Shown one piece after another: positions 49,560 through 63,146 of a stretch of 64,000 nt of DNA. The DNA is taken from NCBI GenBank assembly GCA_973895155.1, contig OZ316896.1, positions 20,200,754 through 20,264,753 of the forward strand. The letters run 5' to 3'. This stretch comes from Marsupella aquatica (taxonomy: Eukaryota > Plantae > Marchantiophyta). The translations under genes were made by a program, and so were the position numbers. Each line of letters opens with the position of its first letter. Positions within the stretch are counted from its first letter, which is position 1. The notes under the pieces are model-generated. The model was not told the DNA's origin and searched no databases. It saw only the letters and a list, made by a program, of their open reading frames with translations.

Positions 49560-52500
49560 CTGCCATCCACAACAACAGAATTGCATACCAAACTCAGCCG
49601 AAGGAATATAATCCAATTATGGGAGGTAAGTGGGAAGAAAATCGAGAAAGTTTCAGGCCACCGGTCATTCGTGCCGGTTCTGCTACGTTTCTAGGCCTCT
49701 GGTCTCAATATCTTTCATGTGGTGGGAACGAATCGGACATATTTTGGTTGTTGTTATCGCAGAAGGAGACAATATCTGTTGACCACTGATAGGTCATACT
49801 TGAGAAACACGCTAAAACCGTCTCACCGCCCTCGAATCCCTACGTTCTTGTCTTCTTATCCTTGAGGAATTCCAACTCTCAGAATCTTGATCCTCATCGG
49901 CTTATTTCCTTCTAATCTGTGAAAGATCCTTGAATTCTCCTCAATCTCAGTCCTTTCCAGCTGCCGGCCCAGCTACTTGTCTCTTCTATCAACGTTTCCA
50001 GGACCAATTTGGCTCGGACAATTCTACCTTTTGGTGAAGAATATGTACGGAGAAGAAAGGACGCTTGAAGGAATAGACTCTAGCAAACACTTAGCAGGGT
50101 CGTCAAAATTCCACGAAACACTTAGTTGAGTTATGACAGAATTCTCGACTGCTGTGTGACAATGGTAAGTTAAAGTCACGACATCTCAGAGCTGTAATTC
50201 GCCAGATCTCAGCGACTGGAAAAAACTCTAAATTTCCAGTAGTGATATGATAGGGAAGATCATTCCAAATCCAACCCAACACAAACTAGTCATCGTCCAC
50301 TGTCATAGACCTGGAAAGCTAATCAAGACCCAACTTATCTTGCATATCTTGCATATAAAATTCTTGCAACTCGCACTGAAACAGAGACTTTCTAGGTATA
50401 ACACTTGCCATGGAGCAAAAGTCAATGGTACGAATTTCTTGTCCATCGCCTACTCTCCTTCGAATTGCCAACTATGACCACGCTGGCAACTTCGAACACG
50501 AAACGCCGATTCTGGACAAGCCCGTTCACTATGTACAGGCAACCCACACGGAGAGAGCCTTCCGACAACGAGCTATGATCTCATGTACCTGAGATCATGC
50601 ACTGTTCTCTAATACGATCATGCGGTATTACCCATAGAGTCAGTGGGCGGGTAACGTTGATAGATCCCTGGTACAACCACTCCCTAGCTTGGAATTCATA
50701 GGTTGCTCTACATTTACGCTACATGTGCCTCCTCTTCATTTGGATTGGTGAAATTAGTAAGTTGTGAGAATTGGACTAGCCTAATTGGAGTCATGTGAGC
50801 AATGTGTGGGGTTGATCCTCAACGAGATCCTCAACCGAGGAACACATTTGGTACGCAAAGTGCCAATTACGGTGCACGAGAAAGGCAGACATTGGCTATG
50901 ACCATACTACCACTGGTAGGACATCAAAAGGGTAACCTTGTTCTAGAGCGTCTATCCGCCCCTCGGAACTCCAGTTTGTACTAGACAGACCGCAACCACC
51001 AATGGATGTGGGTAAGAAAATCAAAATCCGTCAGCAATTCTGTGAAGGAGCAACATCTCATTCGGCCGAGGCAGTTGGACAAAGCTGTTTCGACGGGGAA
51101 GGTCGTCACACACTACCACATAACCCCCTTGCACTGATATAACTGGTGGATCGTTGATGATGGTAGGCTGTAGCCGACTAAAGGGAAGAAGATCGTACGA
51201 GTACAGGACGACGTGTACTTTGACAGTTTGGGATGCACGATGGTGCGACGCAATCGGTTTGACAACGACATCTGGTCCCCATAGACATCACAGATCTATG
51301 ATAATCTACAGGGCACGGGGACTTGTTGTAAGACAACCTTATCATCCATCTGTTAGAGCTGGTCCAGCCGCCGTCCAGGACTCCAGGTTCTACGACACGT
51401 TCTAAGATGACAGGCGATGAAAGCAACTGGGACGCTGGATGTAGCACCCAGTACGGAGTAAATTCGTGTATTGAATGCTGACAATCAATACGATTCGGCC
51501 ATGCATAATTATTCCAAACTCATGGTCAAACGGAAGTGCGCGGACGAACAGATGAAGGCAAGAGAAGAGACCAATTGTCTAGATTGGAGGTAGTGAGATC
51601 CAATTCACAACGTCAATTAGACGATCTGGACTCCTACCTGGATGTAGGTGGCCAGAAGGCCAGCACATGATATCTGGAAGCTCGCGGAATAGTTGCCCCG
51701 GTGCACGTTACTCACTTTGGCTTCAATTTCACGCTCAGACCGAACATGAACAAACTTGGACGAAGCGGACGAAGACGACGGCTGGAATTGATTTCACCAA
51801 TCGCATTAGTCAGGCTGTGATCTTCTAGAAATCTATTAAGAAGACATGTGATGCAATTCTCCATCCGCCGTCGAGCTACCTTGACGGTAATCAAACAGGA
51901 TCAACTATTTGGATCCTGAATTTCCAGATGGCAGGTGCAACTAGGTCGTCGAATTAGCCAATGTGGCCATGAAGATCTACGCGGGCCATTTCTGGACACA
52001 AATAAATTCATGCATGCCCAGTTCAAACATTGTCAGGTTCCCTGGTGCGAGATTTTCAAGCATACCCCGTTCCTATGTTTTGGAGAGATCTGTTGCAAAC
52101 CAATGCACAAGGAAATGGATCTGGCTTGGATCTGGCCTACAAACCGAGTAATGAACCCAACCTCGCGCTGTATCCAATTTTACATCGACGTTTCGGCTAA
52201 CCAAATCGATCTAATTTTTCAAAAGCCCAGCCTAGTCGCCCAAAATCCAACCCCTGGGATAACAGAAGCGTCTCATGATGCAAATTGACATGTATGTAAC
52301 TTACTACTCACCCAGTGGACTTTGGAGTTTGCCAGGGACTGGTCGGCAAGACTGGTGTCCCCATTCCCGTTTCAATTCGAAGGTCGATCGACTCCTGAAC
52401 GCTCTGAAGCACTGACTGAAAGCACCCTCTTGCTGCAGTCCTGGTTCCAGCGATTAGTGCTCGCCGAACAAAGTCTCCTCCTCCACGACGGACGCCAGAA

Positions 52501-53410
52501 AATCTAAACAGTCACGAGTGCCAGTCTGCTCACACAACTTTCTGTCAGATACGTTCGGACTAAATCTCGTTGGATGTCCTCTGGAGCTGCAACTGACTCG
52601 ATCGTCACACAAACCCAGTGCTGAGACCTCGTTCTCCTGGAAACCGGAACGATCTTGGACTGGACACTCCTGCAGCGGATCACAGCCCACTCCGGTCTCC
52701 TGAAATTCCGCACATTTAAGGCGACAGCTGGGTCAGTACTGGCCGTCAACACTCTTTTTCTCTCCTGAAAGGCTGAAACTTCTTCTGAACCTTCCACACT
52801 TCTACTCCTGAGTGGCTGAATCAAGGTTTTCCTTTTCTTTCGCCAGTGTGGCGCATGTCAGACCCTGTGAAGGAGAAGATGCTAGGCAGATTTGTTTCAT
52901 GATAGTTACATAGCCCTAGGCTTATGGATGACCATTGGATTCTGGCTAATGGGGTCTGTGGGCTAGATGAGAAACTGGGTAATGGGAGACAGAAAACCTA
53001 CAGTAGCCACTTTTGGCCAAAGGTGGCGAAAACTTTCTGGAGAGGTAGAGTCTAGCATATTCGCCACCAGAACAAAAGCTGCAGCCGTGGGTCGCCCTCT
53101 GACTCGATCGGCCCAATTGTCCAATTATTAGTCTCGTGCTCATCCAGGTCGTCCTCCTGCCACAATTGACAATAAATTGCTGACTATTTGTGTGCACGAA
53201 GAGAGTCTCCTTCTGCGCCAGTACGAGGAGTCAAAAGGAGGAATTGTTTAGAGAGGAAAAATGTGATTTGTATGTATGTACTTGCTGCTCAGCAGGAGAG
53301 TGGAGATCCACCCAGCCATGCTTTCGGGCAGCCCAGCGTCGTGCTTGCCAGACATCCGGAGACCAGACGAGGCCACACTTGCTTGATGCTTTCCTCGTCA
53401 ACTGCTATCA

Positions 53411-53788
53411 GCAACTTGACACTTTTTTTCTTTCTGTTTTTCCTTTTGGAAGAAGGGCCACAGCGGTCAGTGAATTAAGCTTTTCGCACTTGAATTCGAG
53501 AATTATGACACTCCCACTTTTTTTCGGTAGCGAATGCTTTATGTTGGTTTTATTGATATCTACAGACTGACGCAGTGACGCTCCTTTGAATCACAAGTTT
53601 TGGGCAACTTTGATACTTTTTTTTGTTTTGCTTTTCCTTTTGGGAGACTGGCCAGTGAGACCAGTGAATTTGAGCTCTTTCCGCACTTAGATTCGAGAAT
53701 TATGTCACCCCTGTTGTTTTTCGTTATCAAATGCTATGTGTTGGGTTTTATTGATATCTAATGTACTGATGCTCCCTTGAATGACAAG
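53411..53788. repeat. Diverged tandem duplication, ~193-bp unit x2
   Basis: GCAACTT..., CAGTGAATT..., ATTCGAGAATTATG and TTTTATTGATATCTA recur in the same order from 53411 and from 53604. Confidence 0.85.
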
Positions 53789-54049
53789 AGTTGACAAGAC
53801 TACATACCACACCACCAAAAAACAAAAGGCTCCCATCTGGGAGACATGAACCCAATAACGGGGAAGTAACAAAGGAAAACCTAACAAGACCAAAGCTTTA
53901 AGAAGCCGAGAGCCCCCAACAAAGAACCCCCACAAGATCAACTAGTATCCAAAAACCTAAAGACCACAAGGCCCTTGTTAGATGTACTGTTTCACTTTCT
54001 TTTTAGCATACCAATGGACCAAGCACTTTTGACAGTCACCCAAAAAGAT

Positions 54050-55748
54050 GTTATTTAACCAACTGGCTTAGGTAAGTTAGCTAGGGAATGAGCCTGGAAG
54101 TGAAAGGTCTCACGTGGAGGGTATATATGTGTGTGTGGGTGGGATTGGTTTTGTGGGTAAAGAATGGGAGTTCTGATTATTTGCTCGGCCCCTGAGTCAC
54201 GGAACTCGACTACCTTAACACTTAGCTCCGGTGTCACTGACTCCAACGCCGAGCTCGCTTATGGTCCAGGCCCGAATAGGCCATCCGGGGAGGACTTGGC
54301 ATGGGGAGACTTGTGGGCAATGGGACGTGGCACTGGCGAAAGCAATGCGCTAAACTAGTGACACACACTAAGGACTGAGACTAGCTGAGGGTTGGTCGGG
54401 TCAAGAGGAAAGGGGCCGGACTCAAGGTTGACTGTCCGGACCCCCAGACGGACTTTGAGTTATGAGGGCTTGAGTGAGAGCTCCTCTTGGGCAACGGACG
54501 CTTGGGGCAGAGTTATGGCCCGATCCGAGTTTGGCCAATCAGGGGTCCCGGGCAATGATGAGATCTGAGGGCATAGGCATGAGCACTAGGTCGGCCCGAT
54601 CACAACAGGCTGACGCACTCCGCTTGCGGACGCCTAACTAGAAAGTTATGGGCGTTGCCAATTGGTGGCGCGCCTAGACATGCGGGTTGGGGTCCAGATA
54701 GGGGGCCAAAATTTGGGGACCAAAGTTGGTTCAGGTAAGGTGGCAGGTCTCCAGAAACATATATGAGGGGAGTGGTGTCTCTCTGTGGGCTAAGGGCGAG
54801 CCGAAGTCGTGAGCCGCGGCGGTCGCGACATTAAGAGAAAATATCAAACGAAAACGGCGATAACTTCCCAACGAGAAGTCTTTTGGGGGACTTCTTGGGT
54901 GCGTTGGAAAGCTCTCAAGGAGGGATACATCCTCCTGGGCTCAGCTGGGTCTAGGGGCGCCATAGGTTCTCGAGGTTTGTGAGTGCTATCTTGCCCGCTT
55001 GCCAAATCCTACCGAAACAACAGCCAAGCCACGTTCAGTCTCTCAAGGGAGCTTGCATTGGGGAGGCAAGGCCAAGTAGGCGTGAAAGTTGAGTTCCAAG
55101 GGCACTTGGCCCCTAGACCATCAGTGGGGCGAGAACCGGGAGTTGGTTGCTAAAGTTGGGGCCATTCTGGTCCCGACGTATTGGGACAAGCTTTAGGACA
55201 AGCTACGCTATTCGGGCCATGAGCATGTCCTGGGGGCAGGGCGGTCAGTTGGTGATGGATAGGTACAAGGAGGAACCCGGGCTGCGCCCAAGGAAGGAGC
55301 TATTTTGGACAAACAGTGGGCGTCGGTTCTAGTTCTGGCTTATGGCATCGGGAGGACCTATCGATCGCTGACCTACTTACCAATGTGTGTGAGCTTGAGT
55401 TAGGATGCTAGACTTGGGAGATCTAGATCCTGAAGGGTTACTTACCAAGACATTTGGTTGCTTGTGCAGATAGTGAGGACCGTTGATCAACATGAGTAGC
55501 GGTCATGTTGGAGAGAAAGTGCGGCTTCATATTGGAGGGGCCGCTGGTGGTGCAAGGGGCAGTAGGTTGCTTGCTCGACGTATTTTGTGGAGGGTTCAAG
55601 CACTATGGGCACTTAGGCGTGGGTGCTGGGATTGGTGAGTGCGCTCAGTGGCAAGGTCCACCACTCCTTGGTTGTCCACTTTGTGACCCTGCTTTAATCT
55701 CTCTGTCCTGCGCGCTGCGGGGTCAGTGTCCAATTTGTGGGGCCTCAC
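54050..55748. mobile_element. GC-rich non-coding repeat remnant, possibly a long gypsy-type LTR
   Basis: About 1.7 kb with a sharp composition shift and no credible ORF. It ends ...TTTGTGGGGCCTCAC, similar to chromovirus-type LTR ends. The left boundary is approximate. Confidence 0.3.
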
Positions 55749-55982
55749 CTTGTAATGGGTTCCCTACGTACAATGAATGTATGTCACTATTGGGGTGGAG
55801 AGAGACCAGTAACTATTCTTACTCATTTCAGGTCAAGACCAAAAAAAAAATGCTATTTAATTCAAAAGTATTTTTTTGATAAAGGTCCACCTGAGTATCC
55901 TGTCAAAACAACATTCTCTATAAATATATATTAAATTGATTAAACTTTGTGAACCCTTGGAGCTTAGTTTCCAAGATAGAGA

Positions 55983-56347
55983 TGTTGAATGAGTAAAGTC
56001 AACATTCACACCAACAAGCCCATGATCATCCAATGCACAAGTAATCGACATGGAGACATATGTGGCTCCCCTCAACTGAGGTTATGTCCGCAGGAACACA
56101 CAACAGTCTTATGGTACTCTAGGCCTGTCAGTCATATTGAGTCTCTGCAATACAATATCTCCATATCCCTCAACTAGCTCCATAACAATGAGCCTCTATT
56201 CCTCCTATCCAAGCAAACACCGCTTTTGGATATAGTGTACAACGCAACTAACCTAACCCATTCTGCAACTACAGTTAGCCCTAACTGTTACATTATGCCT
56301 CTAGTATATAGCCTATTTACTTCCATAGTACTAGTTAGGCTTTAGCA
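55983..56347 (-). mobile_element. Old diverged solo LTR related to the adjacent copia LTRs
   Basis: Starts TGTTGA and is collinear with the LTR at 56817 (CAAGCCCATGA.CATCCAA.GCAC, TGAGG.TA.GTCC, ACTCTAGGCC, CTCAACTAGCTCC.TAACAATGAGCCT). The right end is approximate and no TSD is retained. Confidence 0.8.
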
Positions 56348-56816
56348 GACTAGGATAGCACTCATTTGAGTTCTAGGTTCCCATAGACCTGGGATGGGGT
56401 ATACCCAAGGGGAACCCAATGTGTGCTCACATTTGAGAGTTCAGTCTTCTATGTGCAGAGGCTGGAGGGTGAGAGCGCTCAGTCAGGTCATAGTGGAGCT
56501 AGGCTATGGTGGATATATGTACTTTGCATTCATGCATATTGATTCTTCTCTCACTGCCCTGGATTTAGCCCAAACAAGGTCAACCATGTACTCTCTTTGT
56601 CGGTGTCGATTCATTGTATGTGTATGTTGGTTCATTATTTTGCTATTATGCTGTTTGATTAGATCCCCAACCCAACACTAACTACGATTACAATGGCCCG
56701 TACAGTGGTAACCCTAGACTTAAGAGTAACTGCCTAACAAGACATCATTCAGTTCTCTTTGCAGTGGAGCTTTAAATCTAAGTAAGGAATTTTAAATGTA
56801 TGCCCCGAGACTCATA

Positions 56817-57160
56817 TGTTGAGCATAGACGACATTCGCAACGGCAAGCCCATGAACCATCCAACGCACTTTAGTCGACACAGAGAGATACGTGGTTCAC
56901 CTCCACATGAGGCTACGTCCACGGGAATACACAAGAGCTTTACTGCACTCTAGGCCGATCGGCCATACCAAGCATCCACAGCACAAGCTCTCCCTATCTC
57001 TCAACTAGCTCCGTAACAATGAGCCTAAGTTCCACCAGGGTCTGGCATCAGCCCTGGCTATATGCACAACAGCACTACCACTAACCTTAGCTAGGTCCTA
57101 ACCCGAGTTAGCCTAACTATGGTTAGCACAAGAGTCACAAGACTAGAGCAATATCTAACA
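56817..57160 (-). repeat. 3' LTR of the copia element (344 bp)
   Basis: TGTTGAGCATAG...ATATCTAACA, with the PPT adjacent. Confidence 0.97.
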
Positions 57161-57172
57161 AACTCCCCCTTG
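57161..57172 (-). other. Polypurine tract of the copia element
   Basis: The minus strand reads CAAGGGGGAGTT immediately before the 3' LTR. Confidence 0.9.
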
Positions 57173-57367
57173 ACTCTTGTCTTGGGGACTGGACTAAATG
57201 CTACCATATGGAATCCTCAGCAGGAAGTTCTAGACAATCACCAAACCAGGTCTCCCCCTAAAAACCACAAGGGTTAACTAAGGGTTAACTAGAACTAAGC
57301 CGTAGCCTAACAGGAATGAGTAATCCATATACAAATAGTCACACATTACTAAATAACTCTACTTGCA

Positions 57368-60300
57368 CTACAACTGCAAAACCTGCAAAGTAGCACGGTG
57401 TCTTGAGAAACTCTCCAAAGGAATCACTTTGGTAAAGGCATCAGCGGGATTGAGCTTTCCATCAATCTTGACTAGCTCAAAAGTTTTATCAGACACTGCT
57501 TGCCTGATAAAATGGTACCTGATATCAATGTGCTTCACCCTGCTATCCATCATCTGGTTAGCAGCCAAGTGAAGAGCACTCTGACTATCACAGTTTAGAG
57601 TCATTTTTCCATGCTCTAAACCCATCTCCGCGATCAACTTATCCAACCAAATTGCTTCCTTTGCAGCTTCTGCTGCTGCAACATACTCTGCTTCTGTAGT
57701 AGATTGAGATATGCACTTCTGCAAGGTAGATTTCCAACTGATACATCCTCCTCCAAGAGTGTATACAAACCCAGTTGTAGATCTCCTTCTATCTAGACAG
57801 CCTCCATAGTCAGAATCTACATAGCCAACTAACGTTCTATTTGATCTGTTATCAAATAGTAATCCATAGTCCTGTGTTCCCTTCACATACCTGAGAATCC
57901 ATTTCACAGCTTCCCAATGTACCTTCCCTGGATTTGACATGAATCTGCTAACCTTGCCCATCGCTAGGGCCAAGTCAGGCCTAGTACAAGTCATCAAATA
58001 CATCAGACTGCCTACTGCCTTCTCATAAGGAATCTTAGCCATCAGACCTTTCTCCACAGCATCCGTAGGAGAGAAAGCTGATGATAACTTGAAATGTGAA
58101 GCTAAAGGAATACTCACTGGCTTACAGTTCTCCATGTTGAATCGTGCAAGTACTTTCCTCGCATACTGGCCTTGACTCAAGCACAACTGTCCAGTCTCAG
58201 AGTTCCTAAAAATCTCCATCCCTAAGATCCTCTTGGTCTTACCAAGATCCTTCATCCTGAATTCAGCGCTCAATTTCGCCTTGAGACTGTCAACCTCAGA
58301 TTGATCTTTAGCCACAATTAGCATGTCATCCACATAGATCACCAGAATGATGAAACCAAATACATCATTCTTGACTGATTTCGTATACACACAAGGATCA
58401 TACACCATCCTTGTAAAACCTTGAGCAAGCATGAAATCATCAAACCGCTTGTTCCACTGTCTGGGAGACTGCTTCAATCCATACAAGGATTTGAGCAATC
58501 TACAAACTAAGTTCTCTTGGCCCTTCTTCATAAAGCCTAGTGGCTGTCTCATGAAGATCATCTCTTCCAAGTTGCCATAGAGAAAAGCAGTAACAACATC
58601 CATCTGATCCATCACCAGATTAAAAAACACAACAAGCTGACACAAGATCCGAATTGTGGAATACTTAGCCACCGGTGAAAAGACCTCATTGTAATCGACT
58701 CCTTTCTCCTGAGTGAACCCCTTGGCAACAAGCCTTGCCTTGTAGATCTTATCTCCACCCTCTGAAGGACTGTCCTTCAACTTGTAAATCCACTTGCTGT
58801 CCACCACTTGTTGACCTCTTGGAAGCTCCACCAGCTCCCATGTCTTGTTGTCACTCAAAGATTGCAACTCCCTCTGCATTGCTGCATTCCACTCATGCTT
58901 CTGCTCTGAAGCACAAGCCTCACTATACGAAGAAGGCTCTCCTTCTTCCAAGATCAAAGCCATATCATCTTCATCAGGTGCAATGTCAATATCATCTAGC
59001 TTAGATGAGTCTGCCCATTGACCATACCTGGTAGGAGCTCTAGTAGAACGACTGGAAGTTCTTCTAGTAGATGACTCAGGCTGATCTGTTGCTGATGCTG
59101 GTTGAATTTGAGGTACCCCAGCAACAATTTGCTCCTCTTGTTCCATCACAGGAACCAGCTCCAAGCCCGGAGCTTCTCCATCTCTCCTGTCATGAACTGC
59201 ATCATGACTAATCTCCCCCTCAACCCGGTCTGGGATGGGAGATTTCCCCTTGTCAGTATGGGAGTCCTGAGAACTCTCCCCCGCCTTTGATGATCTGGAT
59301 TCATTAAAGGACATATCTCTACTGACAATTAGCTTACAGGTTACTGGATCCCATAACCTATAACCCTTCACACCTTTCTGATAACCAAGGAAAATGCACT
59401 TCTTTGACTTGGAGTCCAGCTTGGATCAAAGCTGGGAAGGTGTAAGCACATAAGCATCACATCCAAAAATCCTCAGATGTGAGTAATCTGCTGGATGCCC
59501 GTACCTCATTTCAAATGGCGTCTTGAATCCAATAGAACTGGATGGAGAAAAATTTACCAAATAAGCTGCAAGGTTGACAGCTTCAGCCCAAAACTCATGT
59601 GGTAAGCATGATTGACTCAACATACTCCTCGAGCGGTCCAATAGTGTTCAGTTGAGTCTCTCAGAAACACCATTCTGCTGAGGAGTATAGCTTGTTATGA
59701 GATGGCGGATAATCCCCTGCTCCTTACAATACATTCCAAATTCACCGGAACTGTATTCACCGCCGTTATCCGATCGAAGATATCTCACCTTATTACCAGT
59801 CTGATTTTCAACTTGGGCTTTCCACTCCTTAAAAGTGACAAAAACATCAGATTTATTGTGTAGAAAGTATATCCACACATACCTTGAGTAATCGTCAATG
59901 AACGTGACATAGTATAACCGTCCAAAATGTGAGGGAGTAGGGGCGGGACCCCACACATCACTATGTACATACTCAAGTACCTCCTTGCTAGTGTGAGTTC
60001 CAACTCCGAAGGGTTTCCTGTGCTGCTTCCCTAGCACACAGTGCTCACAAAATTCCAACTTACAAGATTGCAAATTAGAAAGTAATCCTTTCTTCTGAAG
60101 AATAACCAAACCTTTTTCACTCATGTGGCCCAAACAAAAGTGCCACAGCCGGGCCGTCTCCTCATGAGATAAGGTTACATTGGCTTCATCATAGACTACA
60201 CTGCCCTCCATAACGTATAGATTGCAATGTCTGTTTCCCTTCAATACAACTTTAGTACCAGTTGAAACCTGAAGGACACCATTAGCAGAACTCCACTGAT

Positions 60301-61640
60301 GGCCATTTGCCTCTAAAACTCCAAGTGAAATGAGATTTTTCATCATGCTGGGAATATGTCTCACATTCCTCAATGTTCTCACAGCACCATCAAACATCTG
60401 AAATCGTACAGATCCAAGTCCAACAACTTGACATGGGATTCCATTTCCCATCAACACTGACCCATTGGAAACCGTGTAAGAACTGAAATAATCTCTTTTA
60501 GAGCAAATGTGAAAGGTACATGCACTATCTAGAATCCAATCATCACTACCTGGATTTGACACTACGTTGAGAGCATAACCTTGACATCACAATATGTCAT
60601 CATCATCGAGTAAATCTACCTCATGCGAGCTCGATGCTGCATTAGCAGAGGCAGTAGGGACCTTTACTCGACAATCCCTTTTCATGTGGCCTGGCTTGCC
60701 ACAATTCCAACATGCAAGAGAGGAATTGCCCCTATTTTCCTCTGGATTTAGATCTCCCCCGTGATGTTGATCTAAACCTGTTCTGCCCATTCGTGCGCTG
60801 CGTTGCTCTGCCCCTATTCACATTGAGTGCAGTGCCAGAAGAAGATGCTGTCTGTGATTGACCCAGCTTCTTCTGAGCATCATCAGATAGTAAAGAGCTT
60901 ACCACCTCATTATACGAAATGGACTTCAGATCTCTGTACAAGAGCACCTGTTTCAAGCCCTAATATGACGGTGGTAAGGAGCTTAGCAGAAGCAAGGCCT
61001 TATCCTCATCTTCAACTCCTTTTCCTAGGTTTGACAGATCAACCGCTAGACTGTCAAACTCATCCAGGTGATCCTGCATCTTGCTCCCTTCCTTGAGCCT
61101 GAGGCTCATCAAGAGAGACTTCTTGTACAGCCGGTCTGACGCATCTTCCCGGTAGTACTTCTCTCTTAGAGCCTTGAACAGTGACGCGCAATCCGCATAA
61201 TCATCCAACTGCTTGATGATGTGCGGCTTGAGATATAGCATCACTGCATTGACAGCAATCACCTGCTCCTGTCTCCATTGCCTCACTGAAATCTCCTCCT
61301 CTCCATCATACTGCTCTCGCGATGAAAGCAGATGAGCTAAGCCCATGGCCCGTAGAACACCTTTCACTTGCTTCTCCCAGAGCAAGTAATCAGTACGACC
61401 ATCGTACTTCTCCACCTCAAACTTCACTCCTTCAAATCTAGCCATCTCCCTCTTCTTCCCTACTACCGACAGCTCTGGTAGTAACACAGCTTCCTCCACT
61501 GCACGCCACACCGGTGATCGTACCGGTGTTATAAGTTCCTCCTCAAACGGTAGCAGCTCCTTCTCAGACTCTCCGTCTGACCGTCGCGATCCTAAAGCTC
61601 CACTGATGCCAATTCTTCTAGTATCCTCCGAGTCACTCAT
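57368..61640 (-). pseudogene. Copia gag-pol polyprotein, interrupted
   Basis: gag: KFEVEKYDG, LLLLSSLPPSY, zinc knuckle CWNCGKPGHMKRDC. PR: WILDSACTFH. INT: LWH..LGH, CEHC, VHSDVWGP, LRSDNGGEY, QNGVSER, KGYRLWD. RT: YKARLVAKGF, QMDVVTAFL, LYGLKQ, YVDDML. RH: YVDSD, TEAEY, CDSQSA, KHIDIRYH, ADAFTK. In-frame stops at 60960, 60587, 59648 and 59426, and a frameshift near 60735. Confidence 0.97.
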
Positions 61641-63132
61641 ATGAAACAATCACGAAAAAACATCTTTTTTCGAAACTTCTCATAAAACTCAAAACTCAAC
61701 ACCGCCGCGTAGCCCACAAAGCTAGGAGTCCAATACTGAAATCCGAAATCAAAATCAAAATTCGACGGAAAAGTTATTCAAATTTCGATCGGGGTGGGTA
61801 AAACCTTGGGAAACTCCCCCGTTTTGACCACCTCGGAGAATAACCGAAATACCAAGTACAACCTGTCGTCGGAATCACGATGTGATGGATGCGCCGCGTT
61901 GCTAACTCAATGGCAACGTCCTCACCAAAAAAGAACCAAAAAAGTTACCGTGCGGCGGACAGAATCTTTGTGTGACGGCCGAAAACCAGCTCTCTGTTTT
62001 TGGGGAATATTCCTGCACAGTCCAACAGGGCTCACAGGGGGCCGTTCCCCTTGTCGGAGCGGTTAAAACGGAGGGTCACAGGGCTCGGGATGAGGCACAA
62101 CCAATGAGGAGGAGGAGAGAAAAAAAAATTCAGAAAAACACACTCTAAAGGGGTCTTAAAGCCCCTGGCAAAGGCGCGTGTATTCGCGGAAACGCGCGCG
62201 TATTCACGGCCAGAATCGCGTATAAACAGCAAACAACGTGAAAAAAACGGGTTTAAAGGGGTCAAAATGCGCATATTTTCGCGTTTTTGGCCGTATTTGG
62301 GCCCAAAAAAGCATGTTTTTGCGCTTAAAGGGGTGTGGGAGGCCGGTGTGCGCGCCGGGGCGTATGGCGAACCTGATTTGTCGGGTATTGGGGCCATATT
62401 GGGGCAAAAAATGCCCTAAACTAACCTTAAAAATGTGCCCGAAATGACACAAAGGCCGTGTTACAAACCTCAGCCGCCCCGCTTTGGTTTCCAATGAGAA
62501 AAGTGATGACCGCCGACATGAAAATGTTTCTGAATTGCACCGGCACGTCTGAAGCTCCACCAGAGAAAGAACTTCAGTTGCGTCGCCTTCACTCCGCGTC
62601 AAGTGCCAATCCCGGACTCAAAACGACCGTCTCGCCACAATCTCTCCGTTGAGCCTCAGCACTTCACGTTTCTTCCTCCGAGTCAAGCGTCACGACAAGT
62701 AATCCGGTTCAGGGAAAACAAGCACCATAGCTTGTCAAAAAACCAGAACGCCTCCTTCACTCGTCACGACGCACTCATTTCGCAAACATCAGCAAACTAG
62801 ATACCAAAACGACCAGCACGCTCCAACCTTCAACTTGAACTATCACATGCGACGCCCCGCACACCGCACAGCTCACACAGTTGAAGAAACGATCTCTGGT
62901 TTCTCCCCCGAAATACCGTCGAACACGAATAAACTCTGAACGATGCAAACTTCAATTCCTCCGCACCACGGATACCTATCAGCGAGCTCTAACCACCGTT
63001 AGAATGCCCTCTCACTAACCTATCCGCTCAGCCACACATAATCAAGTTTCATGCGATGAAACTCTGAATGTATCATCGACAATGAACACTGGAAAAACCT
63101 GTCACGAAAAAACCTCGTCACCTCCCAGGCAT

Positions 63133-63144
63133 GCTCTGATACCA
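63133..63144 (-). other. Primer binding site complementary to initiator tRNA-Met
   Basis: The minus strand reads TGGTATCAGAGC, 2 nt inside the 5' LTR boundary. Confidence 0.95.
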
Positions 63145-63146
63145 CT

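Noticed and set aside
50200-52900. Degraded gene or transposase upstream of the SDR
   Set aside because: Frames I translated contain multiple stops and no recognisable motif.
60725-60745. Programmed ribosomal frameshift in gag
   Set aside because: It lies before the zinc knuckle, within gag, in a short A-run; a homopolymer indel (mutation or sequencing error) is simpler.
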